DNA of 64,000 bases, taken from positions 1,086,387-1,150,386 of the forward strand of contig NZ_FNTX01000001.1 of NCBI RefSeq assembly GCF_900105765.1, written 5' to 3'. The translations under genes were made by a program, and so were the position numbers. Of the stretch, positions 44,808 through 53,816 are shown piece by piece. Source of the stretch: Ruania alba. GTDB taxonomy: Bacteria; Actinomycetota; Actinomycetes; Actinomycetales; Beutenbergiaceae. The notes below the pieces were generated by a model. The model made no database searches, was not told where the DNA came from, and saw nothing but the letters and a program-made list of their open reading frames with translations. Position 1 is the stretch's first letter, and each line of letters opens with the position of its first letter.

Positions 44808-45443
44808 TCATGCCGGCGCCTGCGTATTCAGTAAGGGGCGCACGTCGATCACGTCGGCACCGGCCTGAAGCGCTGCGCGGATGCCCTGATCGCTGTCCTC
44901 GTAGACCAAGACATGGTTGCCGTTGTCGACGCCGAGATGCCGCATAGCGAGCAGATAGCCCTCCGGGTCCGGCTTGCCGTGCTGCAGGTCGTCCCGGGTC
45001 ACGATGGTGTCCAGCCGCTCTTCGAGCCCGTGCAGCCGCAGCAGTCCTTCGATGTTGGACCTGTTCGAACCGGTGACCACCCCGACCTTGCGGTCTCCAG
45101 CATCCAGGAGGACAGCGAGGACGGGTTCGACGGGTGCGATCTCGTGCAAGCGGTCCTCAGCGTAGGCGTCTCGGTCTCCGAGCACCGTGCCCGCATCCGC
45201 TCCGGAGCCAGCGATGCGTGCGGCCTCCTCGACGATCCCTCGAGCAGAGAAGCCCGAGTGTGCGTGAAACCAGTCTTCTGTGATCGCGATGTTGTGCAGC
45301 AGCAGAGCATGCCGCAACGCTCGGAAATTGAACCCGTGATTGTCGAACAGCGTGCCGTCCCAGTCGAAAAGGAGCGAGCGCACATGCTCTCGCGGCCGAA
45401 GGTCGGCGGGTTTGAAGGCAAGGGCGACTTGAGGCATGGCCAT
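44808..45443 (-). CDS. HAD-superfamily hydrolase (beta-phosphoglucomutase/phosphatase-like)
   Basis: LLFDWDGTLFD DxDGT motif. Start ATG 45443 (MAMPQ). Confidence 0.75.
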   Translation of the reverse strand: MAMPQVALAFKPADLRPREHVRSLLFDWDGTLFDNHGFNFRALRHALLLHNIAITEDWFHAHSGFSARGIVEEAARIAGSGADAGTVLGDRDAYAEDRLHEIAPVEPVLAVLLDAGDRKVGVVTGSNRSNIEGLLRLHGLEERLDTIVTRDDLQHGKPDPEGYLLAMRHLGVDNGNHVLVYEDSDQGIRAALQAGADVIDVRPLLNTQAPA

Positions 45444-45474
45444 CTTCCGGGTGGGATTGCGCCAGCGACACCGG

Positions 45475-46260
45475 CTACTGCGGCGCGAGAACGAGGCGCG
45501 GGGGAACGAACTGGGTGGCGGGATTGCTCCCACGGGGGATGGAGAACCGGAACGTGTAATGGCTGCGCCGATACAACGACCGAACGGACACGATCGGTTG
45601 CTCGTCCTGATCGACGACGGTGCCCTGCATGAGGAAGCTGGACGTTCCGGTCGGCTCGTGCAGCAGGCCCGACTGACGGCTGTCGAGATCGGCGATGTCC
45701 AGCTCGAATACGCCGATTTGCAACCTCACCCCGAACAGTTCCTCCAGGGTGTCGTAGATCGACACGCTCGCGAGATCCAGGTCGCGCAAGCCCGCGAACC
45801 GCGGCCAGGGCAGCAGAAGTCTCTCCAGGGCAACCGGCTCGTCGTTCGCCTGTCGGACACGCTCGATCGACAGGAGCTTCGTGCCCGACAGAAAGAGGTC
45901 GGGTCCGCCACCGGCAGCCTTCTCCGAATCGATGATACCGACCGCCACGACCCGGGAGCTGGGTACCCGACCGGATGCGCGGATCTGCTCGGTGAACCCG
46001 AGCAGCTCCCGTGCTGTGTAGGTGAGGCGGCGGGTCGCAACGAATGTGCCACGACCCGCCGTCCTCACCACGAGCCCCTCGTTGACCAGCCGGGTGACCG
46101 CGTGCCTGGCGGTACCGCGGCTGACGTCGAACCGCTCCGCTAGTTCCAACTCGGTGGGCAATTGTTCGCCGTCGCGGAGGCTGCCGTTGTCGATCTGCGA
46201 GCGTAACTCCTGGTACATCTTCTGATGAAGGGTGGTGCGACGCGTTCTGGCGGCAACCAT
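45475..46260 (-). CDS. GntR/HutC-family transcriptional regulator (winged HTH + UTRA domain)
   Basis: LPTELELAERFDVSRGTARHAV HTH. C-terminal UTRA-like domain. Alternative ATG start (MYQELRSQI) at 46218. Confidence 0.8.
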   Translation of the reverse strand: MVAARTRRTTLHQKMYQELRSQIDNGSLRDGEQLPTELELAERFDVSRGTARHAVTRLVNEGLVVRTAGRGTFVATRRLTYTARELLGFTEQIRASGRVPSSRVVAVGIIDSEKAAGGGPDLFLSGTKLLSIERVRQANDEPVALERLLLPWPRFAGLRDLDLASVSIYDTLEELFGVRLQIGVFELDIADLDSRQSGLLHEPTGTSSFLMQGTVVDQDEQPIVSVRSLYRRSHYTFRFSIPRGSNPATQFVPPRLVLAPQ

Positions 46261-46280
46261 GACTCAGATCATCCCATAGC

Positions 46281-47153
46281 TCAGGAGGAGGGCACGGGCA
46301 CGGCCGTACCGATGTACTTGGACGCCGTTTCGGCGACCGCACGTCGGGCGACGTCGTCGAAGGATGTGCCGACCACGATCACGTGCACCCCAGTGCCGCG
46401 GAACGCATGATAGTTGTCGGCGTTGATGCCGCCCTCTGCGAGGGTGGGCACGGACACTGCCTCGGTGAGGGCGGCCAGACGCTCCTTGATCTCGCCGGGG
46501 ATGTCCCCGGCCTCGGTGCCGCCGTAGGACATGCCGGTCATCAGGCCGATCATGTCCACGCCCTGGTCTTCCATCCGGCGCGCGACAGCGGCGACCTCCT
46601 CCGGTGTTCCCGCCGGAATTCCGAACGGGTGACGGTCGTCGGGATGGGCGATGTACGCGTCGACGGTGAGACCGTGGCTGTGCGCCATGGCCACCCAGGC
46701 GTCGAGGTCCTGGAAGCACGACTTGTGAGTGTGCAGACCGTCCGCGCCCGCGCGGGCGAGGTCGTAGAAGTGCCGTTCTCCCAGGTCCACGGGCTGCAGC
46801 TCGGTGAAGCCGCCGGGAATCCCCACGGTGACGAACACGTCTGGACCCGCCACCGCGCGCACGCCCTGGACGACGCGATCGATCTCGGTCAGATCGAGCT
46901 CGTGGCGGACGGCTTCGGCGTTGTGCATGTCCTTCACGCCGTGCAGGCCACGGGCCAGCGCGATGGCGGGGTGGTTGGGTTCAAGCATGCGCACACCGGC
47001 GTCGACGACGGCCTTGGCCAGGCGGGCGTCGTCGGCTGTGATACCCGTGCTCAGCAGAGTGGTGCCGCCGTGATCGTTGATCGCGTTCCACACCTTGGCC
47101 ATCGCGTGCTCACGGCGGCGCTCCATATCGGCGGACTGGAAATCGTTCATCAT
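46281..47153 (-). CDS. TIM-barrel protein with NanE-like (putative sugar-phosphate epimerase/aldolase) C-terminal pattern
   Basis: MIGLMTGMSYGGTEAGD...TLAEGGINADNY...VHVIVVGTSF resembles the NanE/ThiG-type phosphate-binding barrel end. Weak assignment. Confidence 0.45.
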   Translation of the reverse strand: MMNDFQSADMERRREHAMAKVWNAINDHGGTTLLSTGITADDARLAKAVVDAGVRMLEPNHPAIALARGLHGVKDMHNAEAVRHELDLTEIDRVVQGVRAVAGPDVFVTVGIPGGFTELQPVDLGERHFYDLARAGADGLHTHKSCFQDLDAWVAMAHSHGLTVDAYIAHPDDRHPFGIPAGTPEEVAAVARRMEDQGVDMIGLMTGMSYGGTEAGDIPGEIKERLAALTEAVSVPTLAEGGINADNYHAFRGTGVHVIVVGTSFDDVARRAVAETASKYIGTAVPVPSS

Positions 47154-47183
47154 TTGTGATGCCTCTCGTGCTACAGGAATGAT

Positions 47184-48803
47184 TCAGACTGCGGAAGGGA
47201 CCTGGCGAGCCTTGCGGATAGCGGCGAGGTTCGCGAGAAGCGTCAGGGTGAAGGAAAGCGCTGCGGTCGCGACCATCGCAACGACCATTCCCAGGGCGTT
47301 CGTCGCGATGAATGGGGCGACCATCGCGGGCAGATAGGCCGTCGCCTCGACGCCGAACAGCCCGACCAGAGTGCCTCCCATGGTTGCGGAAACCAATGCG
47401 ATCCCGAAGACCTTCTTGTCGCCGAACATGAACGGATAAGACGACTCCACGAATGTGCCGAAGAAGAAGTTCACGCCTGCCCCCGATCCCGCCAGCGCCC
47501 GCTCCCCGGAGGTGCGCGGCTTGACGACGTTCGCGAGGGTGATACCGAGAGACACCATGACCAGAGCGACCATGTCGATAGCGCCGAAGAAGCTGTGTCC
47601 CTTCTGCCCCATCTCGAGCAGCACGAGCGGGAGGATCACCGAGTGGTATACCCCACCAATGATCGCTGGCCACATGGCCAAGCCGGCGAGAGCGCCAGCG
47701 AGAAGCGGGCTGAAGTCGACCGTCCACTCGATGCCGTACTTCACCCATTCGCCGAGGAGGCTGGTGAACGGAGCGAGAAGGAAATAGACCACAAGGCCGG
47801 GCAGTAGACCGGCGAGCGCCCCGGTCACGATGTTCGCGGTCGTGGCCGGGAATCGGTGCGCCAAGGTCCACTTGATCAGCCACGACACAACGAGACCGGC
47901 GAGGACGCCGCCGACGAGGCCGCCAAGGATGCCCCCCTGCTGGGACAGGATGCCTGCGATGGCGCCCGCGACGAGTCCGACCTCGTCGAGGCCGCTGACC
48001 TTACGTGCGGCAACGGCCGCGACGACGATCGGGAGGCCCGCGATGAGCGCGTCGAAGACCGGAGTCAGCCCGTCCAGCCACGGAATCTTGCTGACGGCAA
48101 GCACGAGAGCCAGGGCGATGAAGGCGGGGATCGAGCCGACCATGATGCCGCGGATGCTGATGCGGCGCCACGCGGCCTCCTCCGTGGCTGCATTGGTCGA
48201 GCCCGCTGAGGAAGAGCCGAGGACCGGGCGGTACTTGACCTTCCAGTGGCGGGCGAGGCCGGAGACGTACGACACTGCGCGGGTGGAGCTCGTCGTGCCG
48301 GTGGTACCCGAGGCGGATACCAGATTGACCCCGAGCTGCTGGGCCTTGGCGATGGAGCTCCCACCGGTTCCGGCAGCGGGGATGCCGGCCTTTGCGGCGG
48401 CAGCGATCGTCTGCGCGTTCGTGTCCGTCGGATCGGCGCTCATCAGAATGAGACCGTCGATCTCGCCGGAGGTTACCTTGGCCGCCAGGCGCTCGTCGTA
48501 GGAACGGGCGATCTCATTGATCTCACCGAGAGTGCCGGTCTCGAGGACGATCGGGGTGCCGTCGTCGATCCCCCAGAGCTCGGCGGGGGTGGACTGCGAG
48601 ACGCCGTCCATCGACGACGAGGCGCTGACGAACTGCACCTCGCCGAGTGTGAATCCGGCGGCCGCGAGTTGCTGCTGCACATCGCGGATGAGCTTCGCCG
48701 GATCGTTACCGCCGTGACTGCGGAGATTTCCGCCGCTACTGCCCAGAACGGCGACGGAGTGAGTCGTCGTGCCGCTCTGCACGTCTCCATGATCATCGGC
48801 CAT
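47184..48803 (-). CDS. two-domain membrane protein: about 230-aa N-terminal soluble domain plus about 300-aa polytopic domain (transporter-like), function unknown
   Basis: N-terminal VAVLGSSGGN..., Ser/Thr/Gly linker, then 8-10 hydrophobic helices. Operon with the NanE-like gene and GntR. Confidence 0.55.
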   Translation of the reverse strand: MADDHGDVQSGTTTHSVAVLGSSGGNLRSHGGNDPAKLIRDVQQQLAAAGFTLGEVQFVSASSSMDGVSQSTPAELWGIDDGTPIVLETGTLGEINEIARSYDERLAAKVTSGEIDGLILMSADPTDTNAQTIAAAAKAGIPAAGTGGSSIAKAQQLGVNLVSASGTTGTTSSTRAVSYVSGLARHWKVKYRPVLGSSSAGSTNAATEEAAWRRISIRGIMVGSIPAFIALALVLAVSKIPWLDGLTPVFDALIAGLPIVVAAVAARKVSGLDEVGLVAGAIAGILSQQGGILGGLVGGVLAGLVVSWLIKWTLAHRFPATTANIVTGALAGLLPGLVVYFLLAPFTSLLGEWVKYGIEWTVDFSPLLAGALAGLAMWPAIIGGVYHSVILPLVLLEMGQKGHSFFGAIDMVALVMVSLGITLANVVKPRTSGERALAGSGAGVNFFFGTFVESSYPFMFGDKKVFGIALVSATMGGTLVGLFGVEATAYLPAMVAPFIATNALGMVVAMVATAALSFTLTLLANLAAIRKARQVPSAV

Positions 48804-48825
48804 CGAAGAAGTCCCTTCAGAAATG

Positions 48826-48833
48826 TGTATACA
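48826..48833. promoter_or_regulatory. TGTATACA palindrome inside AT-rich AAATGTGTATACATTTAT, immediately upstream of gene 47184..48803 (HutC/GntR-type half-site spacing)
   Basis: Seen directly, 20-35 bp upstream of start codon 48803. Confidence 0.35.
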
Positions 48834-49250
48834 TTTATGGGGACGTTAGCTCACGACCGCTCGCCCGTCAAGCGCAGTGTTACGGGCGAATCGTCCACCT
48901 CAAGGGGTGGTCCAGCTTCGGTTGGGTATTTGTATAGATGTTTGGCTGCATCGGGTGCACGAGCTCGTCGATCTCGAGGTCCACGTCGCCGACATGCATC
49001 AGCCGCGTGCTCCTGTGGCGGATCGTCGCCCCGTGACAGTGGCCGTGATCGGTGGCAGCGGTCTAGCGCCGGCCACATGTCACTCGGCATCACCGAGGAA
49101 TAGCGTGGAACCTTGCTGGTATCCAGGCTCTATCCGATCAAGCCATCGTCGGGCCATGGCGAGCGCCAGGACGGGGCCGAGACCATCGCGAGATGGGACT
49201 GCTGCGCACCTTCGACCTCTCAGGCCTTTCTGAGAGCTCGCCGCAGGGGC

Positions 49251-50411
49251 CTACTTGACCTTCTTCAGCCCCGCTTCGAGGACCGAGGCCAGGTTGTAGG
49301 AGTGATGGTCCTGCCCGCGCAGGACCGTCCTGGACGTCCTGAAGCCCTTGCTCTTGTAGAGACTGCGCCCCTGGGCAGACGCTGTGTAGGCGCTCCAGCT
49401 CTGGGCGTTCGAGCTCTGGCCGACACCGTCCTTGGACCCGACGAACCAATGCATGTCGAAGTTGCGCGTGAAGGAGCTCGGGGGAGTGCTGATGCGGATG
49501 TTCCTTCCATCGCTGCGTCCCCCACCACCGGCGAGCAGGATCGCGCCTCCGTAGCCATATGAGCCCTGAGAGCGGCGAGCCAGTTCATAGGTGATGAATT
49601 CGGCCCCACCGCTGTAGCCCATGTAGACGGTCCGGCTCCTGGTGATGTTGCCCGTCCTGCGCAAGTGCTGATCGAGCTTGCGGAGCATCACAGCATTCGT
49701 GGCGGTCCTTCCCCACCACGTGTAGCCCAGGCTTGAGATGTATCCCTGGCGGGGGATGCGCGGAATCACGAGGATCTTGTTGTCCCTGGCTGCGACCTCG
49801 GCCATGGCTGCGGCCGTCGCGCCCCTGGTGTGCTCGGAGACCGCCTGTGAATATCCGCGCCGGTAGTAGTCACCGTCGAGGAAGATGACCATGCCGACTC
49901 TCCTGCTCCAGTCGACCCCGCCGTCGATCGTGGCGTAGCTCAGACCGGCGTAGCGCTGATTGTGGGCTGTCGGGATGCGCGCGGACGACGATGACCTGGC
50001 GGACGTGCTGGAGGTCACCCTGATGACGTACCTGTGGGAGACATAGCCGGTCCTGCCCCGGTAGGTCACCTTGTACCAGCCGTTGGAGGCACGGTATATC
50101 GACGTCACCTTCGCGCCTCTGGGGAGCGTGGCCAGACGTGTGGACGAGGCCGTGGCACGCTGGCGCAGATTCAGCGGCGCAGTCGTCTGGATCGTGACCC
50201 TCGAGGTCAATCTGCCCCGACTGACGTCGACACCCGGTGCGCGAGCCGCGACGTCGAGGAAGGGGACGGTGGAAGCCGCGGATGTGGCAGGAACGGCAGT
50301 CGGTCGCATAGATGCAGACACCGAAGGAGCGCTCGTACTGAGGGTCGCAGCGGCGATCACCAATGCGGCCAGGAGGGAGCGGGCTGTGCTGGTGATTCGC
50401 TGACGTGCCAC
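49251..50411 (-). CDS. secreted SH3b-domain protein fused to alpha/beta-hydrolase (GYSGG nucleophile elbow); atypical codon usage
   Basis: Signal peptide, SH3b-like RLATLPRGAKVTSIYRASNGWYKVTYRGRTGYV, G-Y-S-G-G serine hydrolase motif. GTG start. Many AGG/AGA Arg codons and a TAG stop. GC is lower than the flanks. Confidence 0.7.
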   Translation of the reverse strand: MARQRITSTARSLLAALVIAAATLSTSAPSVSASMRPTAVPATSAASTVPFLDVAARAPGVDVSRGRLTSRVTIQTTAPLNLRQRATASSTRLATLPRGAKVTSIYRASNGWYKVTYRGRTGYVSHRYVIRVTSSTSARSSSSARIPTAHNQRYAGLSYATIDGGVDWSRRVGMVIFLDGDYYRRGYSQAVSEHTRGATAAAMAEVAARDNKILVIPRIPRQGYISSLGYTWWGRTATNAVMLRKLDQHLRRTGNITRSRTVYMGYSGGAEFITYELARRSQGSYGYGGAILLAGGGGRSDGRNIRISTPPSSFTRNFDMHWFVGSKDGVGQSSNAQSWSAYTASAQGRSLYKSKGFRTSRTVLRGQDHHSYNLASVLEAGLKKVK

Positions 50412-50430
50412 GACGACCTCTCACATGGAT

Positions 50431-50464
50431 GCGAATATCCTGAGTGGAGCGAATATCCTGAGTG
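50431..50464. promoter_or_regulatory. tandem direct repeat 2 x GCGAATATCCTGAGTG (18-bp period) upstream of SH3b-hydrolase gene
   Basis: Seen directly. A third partial copy (ctgagt) follows. Confidence 0.3.
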
Positions 50465-50612
50465 AACCTGAGTATGGCCCCTCGGAGCCAGGCCCGTGGT
50501 GCGAATCGGACCCCGATCGATCGCGGGCCAGGAACGTCGGATCGGCGCCTTCCGGTCGAACCGGAGTGGCGGGGGCAGGCGTCGCACGCCGGGGCATGGG
50601 TGATGCGTACAC

Positions 50613-50632
50613 TCCTGACACGTATCAGGAGG
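50613..50632. promoter_or_regulatory. near-palindrome CTCCTGACACGTATCAGGAG overlapping RBS of the LacI gene (candidate autoregulatory operator)
   Basis: 7-bp perfect arms. The tgacacg motif is repeated at the LacI start codon. Confidence 0.35.
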
Positions 50633-50639
50633 GAGCACC

Positions 50640-51689
50640 GTGACACGACGACCGACGAGTGCCGACGTGGCCCGCCGTGCGGGGGTCTCGCGCACGGCCG
50701 TCTCGCTCGTGCTGAACGGCCGCGACTCGGGCAACATCTCCGCCGAGAACGCCGCACGCATCCACGCCGCCGCGGCCGAGCTCGGCTACCTGCCGAACTC
50801 GGCAGCGGTGAACCTTCGGCGTCGCTCCACCGCCACCATCGGCATCGTCACTGACGAGATCACCCAGAGCCCGTTTGCCGGCCACCTGCTGCAAGGAGCC
50901 AGGGAGGCGGCGTTCGAGCGTGGATTCGTCACCATCGTGGCCGATTACGGCAACGACGCCGCCCGCGAGGAGACGCTGGTGCAGACGCTGCGTGCTCGGC
51001 AGGTCGATGCCTTCCTGCACGCGGCCATGTCGATGCGTGCGTACACGCCGCCGACGCAGATGCTCGAACTGCCCACGGTGCTCGCCAACTGCTTCAGCGC
51101 CACCGGTCCCGCCGGCGTGCTCGCCGACGAGGAGCAGGGCGGCTACCTGGCCGCCCAGGCGGTCTTCGCGCAGGGACACCGCCGCGTGGTGATGCTCGCC
51201 GGGGTCGACGAGCCCGCCGAGGGTCGCCCGGCCCGTAACCCGGCCACCGAACATCGGGTCCGCGGTTTCGAGCGGGCCGCCGCCGAGGCGGGCGCTACCC
51301 AGGCGCCGGTGATCGACGCCGGCTGGCAGATCGGCGACGGGGTGCACGGGGCCACCCAGGTGCTGGATGCGCCTGCCTCGCAGCGCCCGACGGCGATCGT
51401 GGCCGCCCGTGACCGGGTGGCCGTGGGGGTGATCCTCGCCGCCGCACGGCTGGGCTTGCGGGTGCCCGAGGATCTGTCCGTGGTGGGCTACGACGACGAG
51501 AGCCAGGTGGCGGCGGGCATGGTGCCCGCGCTGACCACCGTCGACCTGCCGCACCACCACATCGGGCGGCAGGCCATGCAGACCCTGCTCGCCCACCTGC
51601 TTGACGACACACCCCTACCGGAGTCGGACATCCTGGTGCCGTGCCGGCTCGTGGTCAGGGAGTCGGTGGGCCCAGCTCCCAGCCGGTGA
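50640..51689 (+). CDS. LacI family transcriptional regulator
   Basis: N-terminal HTH ADVARRAGVSRTAVSLVLNG, periplasmic-binding-like sugar domain. Confidence 0.9.
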   Translation: MTRRPTSADVARRAGVSRTAVSLVLNGRDSGNISAENAARIHAAAAELGYLPNSAAVNLRRRSTATIGIVTDEITQSPFAGHLLQGAREAAFERGFVTIVADYGNDAAREETLVQTLRARQVDAFLHAAMSMRAYTPPTQMLELPTVLANCFSATGPAGVLADEEQGGYLAAQAVFAQGHRRVVMLAGVDEPAEGRPARNPATEHRVRGFERAAAEAGATQAPVIDAGWQIGDGVHGATQVLDAPASQRPTAIVAARDRVAVGVILAAARLGLRVPEDLSVVGYDDESQVAAGMVPALTTVDLPHHHIGRQAMQTLLAHLLDDTPLPESDILVPCRLVVRESVGPAPSR

Positions 51690-52926
51690 CGGCGGAGCTC
51701 GCCTCGATCTGCCAGCATTCCCCGGCCTGGGGGTAGGCACGCAGGGTGGTGGCGACGCCGTCGACGAACGCCTCGATCACCGACCCGTCCACGAGCACCC
51801 GCACGTGGTCGGCGTCCGCGGGCGCGGACCAGATCTCCCGGTCGCCGGCGGCACCGGTCAGGGTGAGGTGCACCGCACCGCGGGTCTCGATCTCCCAGGC
51901 CGGCACCTCGATGGTGAGCTCGGCGTCCTGGGGGAGTGGCCGCCGGCGGAGCGCGGTGAGCTCGGCGGCGGGTGCGCTGCGCACCTGGGTGCCCTCCGCC
52001 GTCAGCTCGCGTGGGAAGGTGAGGCAGCCCGCCCAGCCGGCCGCGTCGATCTCGGCCTGTGGGCGATCGCGGCCCTCCCAGGTCCAGCCCCACAGCAGCA
52101 CACGCCCCTCGTGAGCGAGGGCCTGCGGGGCGTAGAAATCCGGACCCGAATCGAGACGGTGCCCGCCGTTCGGCACGAACTGCGGGTGCGGCCCGGTGGT
52201 GTCCAGGTCGCCGAGCAGCACCGTGACGCCGTCCAGCTGCGGCACGCCCGGTTCGTCGTGCCAGAGCGAGACGATCAGGGCCCACGTCCCGGTCCCGGGG
52301 AGCCGCACCAGCTGTGGGCACTCCCAGATCTGGGCCAAAGCGAGCTCGCTCGCGATCCGATTAGTGCCGGTGAGCAGTTCCCCGAGAAGGGTCCAGTGCT
52401 CCAGGTCGGTGGCGTCGTAGACGAGCACCAGCGGCGTGCCGTCGGTGCGCCCACCGCCGACGATCGCGTACCGGCGATCGGCGACGGTGACCAGGAACGG
52501 GTCGCGCACCTCCCGCAGGTCGGGATCGGCGGGCGGGGGAGCGGCGAAACTCTCCGCGGCCCGCCAGGTGCCGTCCTCGCGGCGCGCAAGGGCCATCCCG
52601 GCGTTGGCCGGGTCGTCCGGAACGGCCGTGTACACCAGCACTGGTTCGCCATCGGCGACGGTGGCGACCCCGCTCCACACGCCGGCGGCGTCGATGGTCC
52701 CGGCGCGGGGGCGCAGCGCCACCGGTTCGTCGGTCCACGTGACCAGGTCCGGCGAGGTGGCCAGGCCCCAGCAGATGTCGGCGTGGACCGGTGCGTCCGG
52801 GTTGTACTGGTAGAACACGTGCCACCGGTCGTCGAAGAACCCGATGCCGTTCGGGTCGTTCACCCAGCCCTGCGGTGGACGCACGTGCAGGTGCGGGAAC
52901 GGGGCGAGCGTGGTGGTGACGGTCAC
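51655..52926 (-). CDS. glycoside hydrolase family 32 (beta-fructofuranosidase / sucrose-6-phosphate hydrolase)
   Basis: WVNDPNG, FYQYNP, EVRDP and WECP motifs. Confidence 0.9.
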   Translation of the reverse strand: MTVTTTLAPFPHLHVRPPQGWVNDPNGIGFFDDRWHVFYQYNPDAPVHADICWGLATSPDLVTWTDEPVALRPRAGTIDAAGVWSGVATVADGEPVLVYTAVPDDPANAGMALARREDGTWRAAESFAAPPPADPDLREVRDPFLVTVADRRYAIVGGGRTDGTPLVLVYDATDLEHWTLLGELLTGTNRIASELALAQIWECPQLVRLPGTGTWALIVSLWHDEPGVPQLDGVTVLLGDLDTTGPHPQFVPNGGHRLDSGPDFYAPQALAHEGRVLLWGWTWEGRDRPQAEIDAAGWAGCLTFPRELTAEGTQVRSAPAAELTALRRRPLPQDAELTIEVPAWEIETRGAVHLTLTGAAGDREIWSAPADADHVRVLVDGSVIEAFVDGVATTLRAYPQAGECWQIEASSAVTGWELGPPTP

Positions 52927-53816
52927 TTGGACACTCCTGCGGTGAGGCCGGCGCGCAACGGTCGTTGACCGACCAGAAACACGACCAGCGCGGGGATCAT
53001 GGAGAGCACGACACCGGCGAGCACCACGGAGATGGAGCCGGTACCGAGGTTCCCCTGGAGCGAGACCAAGCCGAGCGGCAGCGTGAAGTTCTGCTCGCTG
53101 ATCGAGAAGATCAGGGGCCGGAAGAACTCGTTCCAGTGGAAGTTGAAGGCCAGGATGCCCACGATGGCCATCCCGGGGAGGGCGAGCGGCGCATAGATGC
53201 TGCTGAAGGTGCGCAGCGGTCCCGCGCCGTCGATCGAGGCGGCCTCACCGAGTTCGACCGGCAGTCCCAGGAAGTACTGCCGCATCAGGAAGGTGCCGAA
53301 CGCCGTCGGGAGGGCCGGGATAATCAGCGCGAGCAGCGTGTCCGACAGCCCCATCCCGCGCACCAGCATGAAGACCGGCACGATGGTCACCTGTGGCGGC
53401 ACCATCATGGTGGCCAGCACGAGGGCGAACCACAGCTGCCGGCCACGGAACTCCAACCGGGCGAAGGCATAGCCGGCCAGGGCCGCCGTCAGCATCTGCC
53501 CGGCCGCGATGATGCCCGTGACGAGAGCCGAGTTGAGGGTGAGCAGGCCCATGTTGATCTGGCTGAAGACCTCGACGTAGGGCGTGACGTCCGGATCGGT
53601 GGGGATCAGCTGTGGGGGCAGCGTGAACGATTCGGCCGGGGAACGGAGCGACGTCGAGATCGTCCAGATCACCGGACCGAGGGTGAGTGCCGCGGCCACG
53701 ACGAGGAACGCCAGCCGGGCCACCGAGGACGGTGCGGGAATGGTCCGCCGGGGCCGCGCCGTGCGGGTCCGCGGCGGGGCGGGAACGGTAGTGGTCGTCA
53801 TGACGGCGTTCCTCAC
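52923..53816 (-). CDS. carbohydrate ABC transporter permease
   Basis: EAA loop EAASIDGAGPLRTFSSIYAPL. Confidence 0.85.
   Translation of the reverse strand: MRNAVMTTTTVPAPPRTRTARPRRTIPAPSSVARLAFLVVAAALTLGPVIWTISTSLRSPAESFTLPPQLIPTDPDVTPYVEVFSQINMGLLTLNSALVTGIIAAGQMLTAALAGYAFARLEFRGRQLWFALVLATMMVPPQVTIVPVFMLVRGMGLSDTLLALIIPALPTAFGTFLMRQYFLGLPVELGEAASIDGAGPLRTFSSIYAPLALPGMAIVGILAFNFHWNEFFRPLIFSISEQNFTLPLGLVSLQGNLGTGSISVVLAGVVLSMIPALVVFLVGQRPLRAGLTAGVSK

Noticed and set aside
48804-49250. Possible tRNA or small gene in the 447-bp lower-GC gap
   Set aside because: No cloverleaf-compatible sequence (no GTTCRA T-loop, no D-arm). Only short A/T-codon ORFs such as MHVGDVDLEIDELVHPMQPNIYTNTQPK... Likely promoter/terminator space or a decayed remnant.
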